A stretch of 64,000 nt of DNA from an uncultured Verrucomicrobiae bacterium (GTDB lineage Bacteria; Verrucomicrobiota; Verrucomicrobiia; Chthoniobacterales; JAFAMB01). Shown in pieces: positions 53,040 to 63,205 of this stretch. Each line of letters starts with the position of its first letter. Positions within the stretch are counted from its first letter, which is position 1. The stretch is from NCBI GenBank assembly GCA_963813025.1, contig CAWEXO010000009.1, positions 165,149-229,148 on the forward strand. Direction: 5' to 3'. The position numbers and the translations under genes are program-made. The notes beneath the pieces were generated by a model. The model worked only from the letters and a program-made list of their open reading frames with translations, was not told the origin of the DNA and searched no databases.

Positions 53040-53260
53040 CTTTTAAAGCCGCCCGCAAGGGCGGAACTCTGGAGGTGAAGAACTTGGCCGAGGGGGGTGG
53101 AAAACTGCTTCGCCCAAAGGTCGGTAGAACCTGTCCGCTAGATTAGTCCACCCTCCTCGTGCCGCACCTTGCAAAAGACCGAACCGTATCTTAGGCCGTT
53201 CCAAACAGGGTTGGAACATGAGCCTGTGTGGACAAGGCTCTGTCGGAAAGGTGCGCGCCC
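53040..53260 (+). ncRNA. IS110 bridge RNA
   Basis: Two stem-enclosed internal loops carrying target guides (CTTCGCCC, CCGCTAG) and donor guides (ACCGTATCT, ACAAG). Confidence 0.8.
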
Positions 53261-53307
53261 AAGCGCTTCATCAAACAAAGAACCAATTCAACGCGAATTC
53301 CTGTCTG

Positions 53308-54001
53308 ATGAAAAAACCTTACTGCATCGGTATTGACCTGGCAAAAGCAACCTTTGACTTTTGCGCGCTTTCCAAAACCGGCACCGGCCCTCTGGCGGGG
53401 GAAGTTCAGCAATGATGCGGCGGGCATCGGAGCATTTTTAGCCCAACTCCAAGCCCGCGGTTGGCCGCTCCGCCAAATCCACTTCGCCTTGGAAGCCACT
53501 GGCGTCTACGGCAAGCAGTTGGTCGCCGCCCTGCACCAGGCAGGCGTTGCGGTCATCGAGTCAGTCTTCTTGGAGCTGATCGCCGCCGATGAGTCTTTAA
53601 GCCGCCAAAGCAAGCTGCTGTGCTCCATTCCCGGTATTGCCCAGCTTACCGCCGCCAAGTTGCTGGCCGAATTGGCCGGTAAAGAGTTCCAATCGGCTCG
53701 CCAACTGGCCGCTTATGCCGGACTCACTCCCGCCGAATGCCGTTCGGGTTTCTCGCGCTACGGCAAAACCGTGCTGTGCAAAATCGGCAACGCCTTCCTG
53801 CGTAAAGCCCTCTATCTGCCTGCCGCCGTGGCCCGTCGTTGGTGCAAACCCATCCGACAATGGGCTGCAGAGCTTGAGTCGCGCAAACTACACTCCCTGG
53901 CCATCCGTGGCGCGATCATGCGCAAACTCCTCCACATTGTTTTCGGCGTTCTTCGCCACCAACAACCCTACAATCCCCGCTTGGCTGCTATCCTCAAATG
54001 A
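53308..54001 (+). pseudogene. IS110 recombinase with frameshift and internal deletion
   Basis: CIGIDLAK, LEATGVY, SIPGIA, AAYAGLTP..CRSG, MRKLL; the KTD..DA segment and coiled coil are absent. Confidence 0.88.
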
Positions 54002-54076
54002 CTTGACATTCAAGACCGTATCTACCGGAACAAGAGATACGTTCTGGAGTTGTCGACCCAGCCCGTCAGACCTTAG

Positions 54077-54334
54077 ATCGGACGGGGAACTACCACGGAT
54101 CAGAGCGCGCTGATCCAGGCGCTGCGATCCGCCCGGCTGGCGGCGGCTTACCTGGATGTAACCGATCCGGAACCGCTTCCCGCGGAACATCCCCTCTGGT
54201 CGACGCCAAACTGTTATATCACTCCGCACACTAGCGGCGGGCACATCAATGAGTCCGTCCGGCTGGTCAGACACTTCCTCGATAATTTGCGGCGCTTCGA
54301 GCAAGGCATACCGCTCATCAACCGGGTGTGGTGA
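54077..54334 (+). pseudogene. D-2-hydroxyacid dehydrogenase C-terminal remnant
   Basis: IGRGTTTDQSAL..AYLDVTDPEPLPAEHPLW..ITPHTSG. Confidence 0.8.
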
Positions 54335-54579
54335 GCTGACAGGTTCTCTCCTACGGAAGCGTCTCACCATCCCCACCGATTCGTCGAGGGTCTTTTTGTT
54401 GGACTGTGGGGATGACGGCAAACCAATAAATCTCGGAGCGGAAGCGACGAAGGATGCTACGTTCGTCAGACGGGCGTCCTGCAATCGAGCGATCCCCTGG
54501 ACCGGATAACGCCTGACTAAATAATGGCGTTGGGGGAGAAAGAGAATCGACCGAGTGAGCTTCTTGCGGGTGATTGGTT

Positions 54580-56328
54580 CTAGCCAAGACATTGTCCATT
54601 TCCAAGCGTTTTCGGTACTCCACTTTTCCGCAGGAACCCAAAGTCGCAACCCTCATTGGCCTGAGTAATGAACGTCTCATACAGCCAGTTGTACCCTCGG
54701 ACATGGGATACCGCTGAGCTTGTTTCTAACGTAAACGCAGATCGTCGACGACCGAGTTCGTCCTCCTCAACCAAGAGGTCTAACCGATGTTCACGTACAC
54801 TGAGGCGAATCCGATCCCCTGTTCGAACAAGAGCGAGCGGTCCACCAGAGGAGGCATCCGGCGTCACGTGTAAGACAACTGTGCCAAAGGCGGTGCCGCT
54901 CATCCTGGCGTCAGATATCCGCACCATATCCTTGACACCCATACGAGCTAGCTTCTTTGGAATTGGCAAGTAGCCTGCCTCAGGCATAGCAGCGGTGCTT
55001 CTCGGACCGGCATTCTTGAGCACCAAAAAATCGTCCGGGGCAACATCCAGATCGGGGTCGTCGATTCGGGAAGCCAGATCATCGAGCGACGTGAAAACGA
55101 CGCATCGTGCCTCTTGTTCACATAGTCGCGGGTCGGCGGCTGAACGCTTTATGACCGCACCGCCCGGGGCAAGGTTGCCAAAGAGTATCGCGAGTCCACC
55201 ATCAGGTAGAACGGGATCATCGATCGAATGAATAACACTCCTGTCAACCCACGTGTTCCACGCCGCCAAGCGTTCGCCTATGGTTTCACCGGTGACCGTG
55301 ATGCAGTCGAGGTGAAGCAGTTCTCGTAGCTCTCGCATTACTGCGGGAATACCTCCAGCCGCGGACAGGTCCTCCATATAGTGAAGGCCAGTGGGCTTTA
55401 AATTAACGATGACAGGGGTTGTGTCGGAAAGGTCGTTCAATCGTTTGAGATCAACCGAAAGGCCGAGCCTTCCTGCGATCGCCGCAAGGTGGATCACAGC
55501 GTTTGTCGAGCCACCAATGGCAAGCAGAACACGAAGCGCATTTTCCAGAGCCCCTTCATCGATAATTCGGCTTGGCCGACGTCGCGAGCGGATAAGCGCA
55601 ACCGCCGCCCGCCCCGTCTGCTCTGCGATTCGTAAACGGTCGGCATCGACTGCTGGGACTGCCGCCGCTCCAGCCGGCATCATGCCTAAAGCCTCCGCGA
55701 TCGAAGCCATCGTGCTTGCCGTACCCATCACCGCACATGTGCCCGCAGTCGCGGCGAGCCGTCCCTCTACGGCGTCAATTTCACTATCCGAAATCTCTCC
55801 TGCGCGATACCGAGCCCAGAAGCGCCTACAGTCGGTGCAGGCCCCCAATCGTTCTCCACGATAGCGGCTCGTCGACATTGGTCCCGTGACAAGCTGTATC
55901 GTCGGTAGATCAGCTGATGCCGCACCCATGAGCTGGGCAGGTACCGTCTTATCGCAACCACCGACAAGAACCACCGCATCCATTGGCTGAGCGCGGATCA
56001 TCTCCTCGACGTCCATGGACATGAGATTGCGGAACTTGAGGCTTGTCGGGACGAGGAACAGCTCACCAAGAGAGATCGTTGGAAACTCAATAGGCAACGC
56101 ACCTGAACAGAGAACGCCGCGCTTCACGGCCTCGATCAGTTCAGGGACATGGCGATGGCAATTGTTGAAGCCGCTCGCCGAATGACAAATGCCGACGATC
56201 GGCCTATCTAGCATCTCGCGACTGTAGCCCATCGAACTCGCAAAGGAGCGCCGCAGGTACACACTGAAATTAGCATCACCATAGTTCGTTAGCCCGCGGG
56301 TGAGGCCTTGCGGCTGGATATCGGCCAT
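54580..56328 (-). CDS. IlvD/Edd-family dehydratase
   Basis: FNNCH, GGCDKTVP, CAVMGTAS, ISDARMSGTAFG. Confidence 0.92.
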   Translation of the reverse strand: MADIQPQGLTRGLTNYGDANFSVYLRRSFASSMGYSREMLDRPIVGICHSASGFNNCHRHVPELIEAVKRGVLCSGALPIEFPTISLGELFLVPTSLKFRNLMSMDVEEMIRAQPMDAVVLVGGCDKTVPAQLMGAASADLPTIQLVTGPMSTSRYRGERLGACTDCRRFWARYRAGEISDSEIDAVEGRLAATAGTCAVMGTASTMASIAEALGMMPAGAAAVPAVDADRLRIAEQTGRAAVALIRSRRRPSRIIDEGALENALRVLLAIGGSTNAVIHLAAIAGRLGLSVDLKRLNDLSDTTPVIVNLKPTGLHYMEDLSAAGGIPAVMRELRELLHLDCITVTGETIGERLAAWNTWVDRSVIHSIDDPVLPDGGLAILFGNLAPGGAVIKRSAADPRLCEQEARCVVFTSLDDLASRIDDPDLDVAPDDFLVLKNAGPRSTAAMPEAGYLPIPKKLARMGVKDMVRISDARMSGTAFGTVVLHVTPDASSGGPLALVRTGDRIRLSVREHRLDLLVEEDELGRRRSAFTLETSSAVSHVRGYNWLYETFITQANEGCDFGFLRKSGVPKTLGNGQCLG

Positions 56329-56354
56329 AGAATTTTGTCCAGTCCTCAGATCGC

Positions 56355-57794
56355 TCAAGCGAATTTGAGCTTGGTATATTTTGCGTCCAAATAATCAAAG
56401 ATGCCGAGCTGCCCGCCCTCCCGGCCCGTACCACTGGACTTAACTCCACCGAAAGGCATCTCCGCTGTTGCGAGAAGCAGGTCATTTACGCCAACCATGC
56501 CTACTTCAAGAGCTTCGCTTGCACGAGTCGCAGTAGCCAGAGAGCGCGTGAAAACGTAGCCCGCAAGCCCGTATGGTAGCGAGTTCGCTCGACTTATAAC
56601 CTCTTCAAAAGTTTCGAATATTGCGATCGGTGCGACCGGGATGAAAGGTTCTTCCTGCATGATCGTCGCCTCTTCCGGCACTTTCCCGAGCACGGTCGGC
56701 TCAAAAAAGAAGCCGCGCGCCATCCCTTCTACTCGCTTTCCTCCTGTTAACAGTTCGGCACCACGGGAGAGCGCGTCCGCAACGAGCCGTTCGGCTCGAG
56801 CAAGCCCACGGGCGTTAGCCAAAGGGCCCATATCGACACCTGCATCGAGACCTCGGCCAACAACTAGTTTCGTCGCACCTGCAGCAAACGCTTTGCTAAA
56901 CGGATTGTACTGAGAGGCATGGACAAAAAAGCGGCACGGCGAAATACAGACTTGACCTGCATTGCGGAACTTTGTCCGCACACACAGCTGCGCTGCCTGC
57001 TCAGGATCCGCGTCTTCAAACACTAAAACTGGCGCATGTCCGCCTAGCTCAAGGCTGACCCTCTTGAGATCCTGGGCTGCACGCTTCATGATCTCTCGAC
57101 CGACGGGGACCGAGCCAGTAAAGGAAATCTTCCGGATCACTGGAGATCCAAGCAAGTGTGCCGAGATGGCAGCCGGATCGCCAACGACGACGTTCAGGGC
57201 CCCAGCAGGCAAGCCCGCAGCATTGGCAGCCTCCGCAATTCCAAACGTGCTTCCTGGAGCTTCCTCCGATGGCTTCACCACAATTGAGCAACCTGCCGCG
57301 AGCGCTGCCGCGATCTTCCGCGCAGGCAATAGAGCCGGGAAATTCCAGGGGCTCATGGCAGCTACCGGCCCAATTGGTTCAAAACGAACTTGGAGGCGAA
57401 TAGTGTGGTCCCGACCGTCGAGCGTGTGCCCATAAATGCGCTTGGCTTCCTCAGCGTACCACTCGAATTGCTCAGCAGCCGCGTTAAGTTCGGCGCGCGC
57501 TTCGGCAATAGGCTTCCCAGTTTCCACCGACATTAGCGTAGCCAGTGTCTCAAGACGCTTTCGCAATGAAGCAGCTAACTGGCGCAGCACGCCGGCTCGA
57601 CTGAATGGAGGCGTCCGACGCCAGACCTCAAAGCCGTTCGCGGCTGCTCGCAGGGCGTCGTCAAGATCGGCGGGAGCACTTCTAGGAATGACACCGATAG
57701 CCTCTTCTGTGGCCGGATCGATAACGTCAACTGTTCCGCCGTCAGACGCCTCACGCCATTTCCCGTCGATGAAAAGTCCATAGCATTCATACAT
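56355..57794 (-). CDS. NAD(P)-dependent aldehyde dehydrogenase (SSADH/KGSADH-like)
   Basis: PWNFP, FTGS, LELGG, GQVC, PFGGVKSSG. Confidence 0.92.
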   Translation of the reverse strand: MYECYGLFIDGKWREASDGGTVDVIDPATEEAIGVIPRSAPADLDDALRAAANGFEVWRRTPPFSRAGVLRQLAASLRKRLETLATLMSVETGKPIAEARAELNAAAEQFEWYAEEAKRIYGHTLDGRDHTIRLQVRFEPIGPVAAMSPWNFPALLPARKIAAALAAGCSIVVKPSEEAPGSTFGIAEAANAAGLPAGALNVVVGDPAAISAHLLGSPVIRKISFTGSVPVGREIMKRAAQDLKRVSLELGGHAPVLVFEDADPEQAAQLCVRTKFRNAGQVCISPCRFFVHASQYNPFSKAFAAGATKLVVGRGLDAGVDMGPLANARGLARAERLVADALSRGAELLTGGKRVEGMARGFFFEPTVLGKVPEEATIMQEEPFIPVAPIAIFETFEEVISRANSLPYGLAGYVFTRSLATATRASEALEVGMVGVNDLLLATAEMPFGGVKSSGTGREGGQLGIFDYLDAKYTKLKFA

Positions 57795-57854
57795 ATTATG
57801 CATTGCCTGATCCTCTATTTATTCGTGCTTTGTACTGAGGGTCTGCCGCTCCGC

Positions 57855-59801
57855 TCAGATTTGCTGGCGGCGATAAAGGGACTCCACCTCCTGGCACCAC
57901 GGTCCCACGTTCCAACGTCCGTAAGCACCCATTCCGCCGCGCGGGTCATCACCCCAATAGACCGGTATGTGGACCAGAGAGAGTCCATCATGCTCATAAG
58001 CCTTGCCGAGAGCAACCTTGAGACTTTCCTCCGAGTCGCCGCCGTGCACGCCGAATACCCCAGGGACTGACGTTGCCAATCGGACGAAATCGATCTCGAG
58101 ATTGTCATTGGTAGCAAAATCCAGTCCGTACTGGGCCACTTGCAGGCTTGAGATCGCACCCATCCTTCTATTGTCTAACAGCACTATCATCCCGCGCACA
58201 CCGTGCACAGCCCCGTCGACTAAGATCTGCGGATTCATGATGAAGGAGCCATCGCCTGTGAAGGCAATCAAGTAGCGGTGTGTCTCGGATATGGCAGAGG
58301 CGAGCAACGCACTAACCGCGAAGCCCATATACGAGGAGCCCGCTTCGGTGAACGTCTCACCTTGCCGTTGATCCTCAACAATTTGGAAGCCGTTTGCTTG
58401 TACATCACCGGCATCGAATATTTTTATAGCTCCCACAGATTTGGCGAACTCTGAAACAACACGGATCGCCGCCGGTTGAGTGAGCATTGCCAATTCCATG
58501 GTCGGGTCATGAATCGGCATGGCAACGGTGCGCTCCGATTTAAGTCTCGCCCACTCTTTCTTTTTTTCTGCGCAGGCATTGAGCCAAGGATGCCCATTGG
58601 CGGGACTCACCCGACGCCGCTCTGCGATGCGCGTGACCAACTTCTCGGTCACGACACCAATGTCCCCTATCAAGGCCACGGTGCGGTTGTACTGATTGGC
58701 ATCGCTCAGATCGGCGTTGATATTCACCACCGCCTCGGCGTTCGGGTACCCGGTGCCGGAGCAGTCAGCCTGGCACACAGCTCGGGAGCCTACAACGATG
58801 AGCAGGTCAGCATTCTCCATGGCGTAGTTGCCGCTGATTGACCCTTTCGATCCGCCCACGTGCATATTATTAACATCGTCGTCCGGAAGGACGCCAACTG
58901 AACCGGGCGAGAGAACCACAACGCTGTTCGTCGCTTTGGCCAACGCTGCGATGGAAGCGCCATATTGTCGTGCACCACTGCCGGCCTTAATGATCACTCG
59001 CCGATGGTCTTCTATCAGCTCGCAAGCCCTGTCGTAAACTGCGCCATCTAACACTGCTGTTTTTGGAGCGCAAAGGCAACCCGGCAGCGTCTCGATATTT
59101 AAGCCTTCGATCGGCTTCGGCTGTACGTTAATCGGCAGCAAGAGATAGAAAGGCCCCGCGAAATAGGGATGATGAACACGCGCTGTGCCCCGGCGCATCG
59201 CTTCACGGAGGGCTTCAGGAGTGTGCAAAGTGTACGATTCGCCGAGGACGTCGGTCAGACGTTCAAATTGATGCTGCTTTCGTTTCGGCACCTGCTGCAT
59301 GTTGTATCCTTCACCATGCGTCGTCTGGTCGCCGTAAATGTGATAAACCCCAACACCGTTTGAGGCCGCTGCGAGCGAACCTGCAAAAGCCTGGAGGGCG
59401 CCGGGACCGATTGAAGTCACGACGGCCGAAGTCTCCCCAAATATCCAGCGCAACGCCGTCGCAGCGTGGGACATCGAGATTTCGTTACGGCAGTTGTAAG
59501 TTTCTACCACTTTCTCTGCTGAATAAATACGCAGAATCTCTCCCAAATCCGTGTTGCCGTGACCAAGTACGACGAGATACTTGCGAACCCCTTGCCGAAG
59601 TAGACCAAGAATAACCCCCTCGGAAACTGATACAGTTATTTCAGGTGGCAACGTTCCAGTGACAAGGGCGGCTTCAATGCTACCGGCCTGACGAATCGCC
59701 TGCGCACGGGCACGCACGTCTTGCCTGATTTCTCTCCATGATTGCGGGCCTGGAGAATTGGGGAGCAAGCTAACAGCCTTCGTAGTTGAAGAAATCTCCA
59801 C
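57855..59801 (-). CDS. ThDP-dependent enzyme, divergent IolD-like
   Basis: GHGN, RNE..M.HAA, TSIGPGA, GDGSF..N ThDP-binding motif. Confidence 0.8.
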   Translation of the reverse strand: MEISSTTKAVSLLPNSPGPQSWREIRQDVRARAQAIRQAGSIEAALVTGTLPPEITVSVSEGVILGLLRQGVRKYLVVLGHGNTDLGEILRIYSAEKVVETYNCRNEISMSHAATALRWIFGETSAVVTSIGPGALQAFAGSLAAASNGVGVYHIYGDQTTHGEGYNMQQVPKRKQHQFERLTDVLGESYTLHTPEALREAMRRGTARVHHPYFAGPFYLLLPINVQPKPIEGLNIETLPGCLCAPKTAVLDGAVYDRACELIEDHRRVIIKAGSGARQYGASIAALAKATNSVVVLSPGSVGVLPDDDVNNMHVGGSKGSISGNYAMENADLLIVVGSRAVCQADCSGTGYPNAEAVVNINADLSDANQYNRTVALIGDIGVVTEKLVTRIAERRRVSPANGHPWLNACAEKKKEWARLKSERTVAMPIHDPTMELAMLTQPAAIRVVSEFAKSVGAIKIFDAGDVQANGFQIVEDQRQGETFTEAGSSYMGFAVSALLASAISETHRYLIAFTGDGSFIMNPQILVDGAVHGVRGMIVLLDNRRMGAISSLQVAQYGLDFATNDNLEIDFVRLATSVPGVFGVHGGDSEESLKVALGKAYEHDGLSLVHIPVYWGDDPRGGMGAYGRWNVGPWCQEVESLYRRQQI

Positions 59802-59987
59802 GTTTTCTCGCCTTCAATGCCGAGGTTATCGCGATAGATGGATCTGTTAGTCCATTGGTGCGATATCGTCAACACGTTTGTCGGATGTGCATCAACTGCT
59901 CACAAGCAAAAATTCGGGGCAGGCTGCTCTGCGGCTGTTAGACCAAAATCGCGCGTCTTCTTTTTGCGCCCAAGTAGGCACGCTTCC

Positions 59988-60779
59988 CTACAACGAAACA
60001 GCAGTCATCTTGGAGATTTCGGAGTCGTCCATCCAACCGATTTTGCGCGAAAGAGCGTATGCTTCCGCGCGCAAGACCTCCTCGCATTCGTGGATTCGGT
60101 GATCGTTGAGTCGCGGGCTTGTGGCCGAGATCCCAAGGGCGCCTGCGACAGAACAATCGTGCCGGAAAACGGGCGCGGCGATGCAGCGGATACCTACGCT
60201 AAACTCCTCATCGTCAAATGCGAGGTGTCGCATTCGCACCAGGTCAAGCTGGATACGAAGTGCGGTGGGATCGGTGATGGTCCGCCGAGTAAAGGGCTCT
60301 AGACCTTGCTTCGAGAGAAACGCTTCCCGCTCCTTTTCTGGTCGAAAGGCTAGAAGAACTTTTCCGAGAGCGGTACAATGAAGCGGTGCGAGGGTCCCCA
60401 CGGGAGCGTCCACGTTTACCCCTAGGCCGGATGTTTTCTGAGCGATGTAGAGAGCCCGGTCACCTGACAGGACCGCGAGATGAACGCATTCCCCCGTCTT
60501 CTGCACAAGGGCAACAAGGGAATCCTCTCCGATGGCGCGAAGATCGAGGCGCCGGAGGACTGTTTGTCCAAAATTGACCAGCCCTAGTCCCAGTGCATAT
60601 CTTCTGGTTGCACCGTCTTGAGCAACGAGAGTAACACTCTCAAGCGTGCGCAGCATCCGCGACACTGTGCTCTTGTCCATACCGAGCTGTCGAGCCAACT
60701 CGGTAACGCCTTGCGGTTCCGGCTCGCGGGCAAGAGCCTCAAGCAGGCGGACCGCCTTTAATACTGAAAGAATTTCCAA
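59988..60779 (-). CDS. IclR family regulator
   Basis: GVTELARQLGMDKSTVSR, HCTALGK, CIAAPV. Confidence 0.92.
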   Translation of the reverse strand: MEILSVLKAVRLLEALAREPEPQGVTELARQLGMDKSTVSRMLRTLESVTLVAQDGATRRYALGLGLVNFGQTVLRRLDLRAIGEDSLVALVQKTGECVHLAVLSGDRALYIAQKTSGLGVNVDAPVGTLAPLHCTALGKVLLAFRPEKEREAFLSKQGLEPFTRRTITDPTALRIQLDLVRMRHLAFDDEEFSVGIRCIAAPVFRHDCSVAGALGISATSPRLNDHRIHECEEVLRAEAYALSRKIGWMDDSEISKMTAVSL

Positions 60780-61042
60780 TGTCTAAAAATGTTTTTTTTG
60801 TTCAGCCATCACGGCTGATTGGCTGAATAGTCACCGTTCGATGCGCAATAGTCAACTAGTCGGCAGGTTATGAAACACCCCTCCCTTCGCTGGCCACCGT
60901 ACTTCGCTAATGCAGATCTCAATGCGCAACACTATTGACAATAAAGAGATACCATGCCAAAAATGTGATTACCGGCGAGCAGACGGTTCCCCCCGCACAC
61001 CGCGCGGCATCCCGCCACTATCGACAAACCCTATTAAACAAA

Positions 61043-62119
61043 ATGTCTATCCAGTTTCCTTCCAGAGCCTTCTGGCGCACTGCTCTTGCGGTGCCCCTCT
61101 TAATGCTTGCTATATCACAGTCCCCGATCATAACGTCCTCACACGCAGCGGAGGCCGTTACCATCGGCGTCTCTATTCCGACTCTCGACAACCCATTCTG
61201 GGTGCGGGCCGTCGATTTTGCTAAACACACTGCAAGTACGCTTGGGGTAGAATTAGTTGTGGTCGGCGCAGAAAATAAAGAAGAAAAGCAACTAAACGAT
61301 GTTCAGTCGCTGATCTCACGTGGTGTCAACGCTTTGGTAGTCACTCCTCAATCGACCGCAAGCGCACCTGGTCTGATTCGCCTCGCAAACCGGTCAAACC
61401 TGCCAATCATGATTGTCGATCGCTACCCTGGTTTCCCGGCCAAGAATGACAAAGCTCCCTATCTAGCTTTTATCGGGCCGGATGATGTAACCGCCGGACG
61501 CGATATCGCGAATTTCCTTATCGAACGTGGCGCAAAAAACCTTGTTGGACTTGGAGGGTTACCCGGTTCCTCAGTCGCAGAAGGACGCCAGAAGGGATTA
61601 AACGAAGCGGTCACTGCAGGAGCTGCTAAGGGCCTTAAGCTCATCCAGTATGTTGGCGTGGGGGAATCGGAGGACAAGGGTTACAATGCCATGCAGAACA
61701 TCCTGGCGGCTCATCCGGCTGGAAGCATTGACGGGGTTTGGTGCTATAACGACGCGCTGGGGGTGGGAGCCTATCGGGCCATTGAACAAGCCGGTCGGAG
61801 TAAAGAGATCATTATTGGCGGCATGGATCTCACGCCGGAGGCCCTCAGCCTTATTGAAAAGAATACAAATTTCGTCTACTCAACCGGCGGACATTGGCTT
61901 CAGGTCGGGTTCGGAGTGATGATCGCCTATGATGCACTTAAGGGTCACCCTCCAATTAAAGATGACATCCGACTTTCCCTCATCGGCGTGGATAGTAGCA
62001 ACTTCGCCAAATTCAAGCAGGAATACATTGATAACCCTCCCCCCTTTGATGTGAAGAAGTTTATGCTGAGTTTCAACCCTACGACGGACCGGCAGACATT
62101 CCCTCTTCAGGTTCAATAG
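61043..62119 (+). CDS. Sugar ABC substrate-binding protein
   Basis: Signal peptide, LDNPFW, YNDALG, GGMD. Confidence 0.9.
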   Translation: MSIQFPSRAFWRTALAVPLLMLAISQSPIITSSHAAEAVTIGVSIPTLDNPFWVRAVDFAKHTASTLGVELVVVGAENKEEKQLNDVQSLISRGVNALVVTPQSTASAPGLIRLANRSNLPIMIVDRYPGFPAKNDKAPYLAFIGPDDVTAGRDIANFLIERGAKNLVGLGGLPGSSVAEGRQKGLNEAVTAGAAKGLKLIQYVGVGESEDKGYNAMQNILAAHPAGSIDGVWCYNDALGVGAYRAIEQAGRSKEIIIGGMDLTPEALSLIEKNTNFVYSTGGHWLQVGFGVMIAYDALKGHPPIKDDIRLSLIGVDSSNFAKFKQEYIDNPPPFDVKKFMLSFNPTTDRQTFPLQVQ

Positions 62120-62178
62120 AGGCGCCCTGAAGAGAAGAATCTTTTTGATGCCGGTCTTGTCAATCGGCACTGAGCGGC

Positions 62179-63180
62179 ATGAGAATATCTACCCCGCCAG
62201 TACTACCACCCCAAGGACGGGAGCAAGGTCAGAGCTTGTTGCGAATGCAACCAGCTCTAGCCGATTTCCTTCGGCTCTATATCGCGTATATAGCCCTCGT
62301 TGTTTTGATCTTGATCTTTGGCAGTGCTGCCCCGCAGCGATTTCTGACGACTACAAATCTTTCGGTGGTCCTACAGAACAGTGCTGTCCTTTCGCTTGTT
62401 GCTATCGGTATTACGTTCGTCATTATCGTCGGAAGCATCGACCTCTCAGTCGGCTCTGTCATGGCGTTCTCCGGCGTAGTCGCAGCAACACTCTCCTCGA
62501 CTGGGGTGGGCGGCTACGCCTTTTTCGCGGCACCTCTTGTGGGCGCTCTTATTGGTGCGATTAACGGATCACTGTTCGTCTTTGGCCGCATACCGTCGTT
62601 TGTGGTGACGCTTGGGATGCTTTCGATGGCACGCGGAGCGACTGTGATATTTACCGGAGGTTCGTCTATTCCTGTGCCATTCGACAGCTTCTTTTATCAA
62701 TTCGGCACACCACCTGTGCCCTTTGTACTCGTTGTGGTTGTCGCAGCGGTCGCTGCCTTCTTCCTCATCGCTACAACATTTGGTCGTTACTGCTTCGCCA
62801 TCGGCGGCGACGAGGACAAAACTCAGATACTCGGGCTTCCCGTTAAAAGGGTTAAGTTCCTGGTATTCGTGATATCTGGAGCACTCGCCGGTCTCGGTGG
62901 CGGTGTAGTCACCTCGCAACTCGGCTCTGGAAGCCCAACGGTTGGAATCGGGTTCGAACTCATGGCAATCTCAGCCGTAGTAATCGGGGGCACGCCTCTT
63001 ACCGGCGGCATGGGGTCGATTATTGGCACTGTGGTAGGTAGTCTTGTTATCACCATACTAGCGAATGGCCTGATCATGCTTGGGATTTCAACCAATGTGC
63101 AAACGGTTCTCACAGGTGCGGTTCTAATCGTTGCGGTACTCATCTCCATACGCCGCGACAAAATCCGCGTCATGAAATAA
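62179..63180 (+). CDS. Sugar ABC permease
   Basis: GSIDLSVG, FGRYCFAIGG, AVVIGGTPLTGG. Confidence 0.92.
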   Translation: MRISTPPVLPPQGREQGQSLLRMQPALADFLRLYIAYIALVVLILIFGSAAPQRFLTTTNLSVVLQNSAVLSLVAIGITFVIIVGSIDLSVGSVMAFSGVVAATLSSTGVGGYAFFAAPLVGALIGAINGSLFVFGRIPSFVVTLGMLSMARGATVIFTGGSSIPVPFDSFFYQFGTPPVPFVLVVVVAAVAAFFLIATTFGRYCFAIGGDEDKTQILGLPVKRVKFLVFVISGALAGLGGGVVTSQLGSGSPTVGIGFELMAISAVVIGGTPLTGGMGSIIGTVVGSLVITILANGLIMLGISTNVQTVLTGAVLIVAVLISIRRDKIRVMK

Positions 63181-63205
63181 ACCCTCAGACTTGCTGCACG
63201 GATTT

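Larger units (their letters stand above)
53011..54023 (+). mobile_element. IS110-family (IS621-like) element, internally deleted
   Basis: CT core at 53011-53012 and 54022-54023; TTGACA at 54003 in the right end; TACCTT at 53015 in the left end. Confidence 0.9.

Noticed and set aside
53122..53127. CGGTAG as the right target guide of the bridge RNA
   Set aside because: It matches the target perfectly but lies in the apical loop of the inner stem; by analogy to IS621 the guide position is 53135-53141
53888..54649. 253-aa minus-strand ORF
   Set aside because: It is antisense to the IS110 end and a dehydrogenase remnant and has no recognisable motifs
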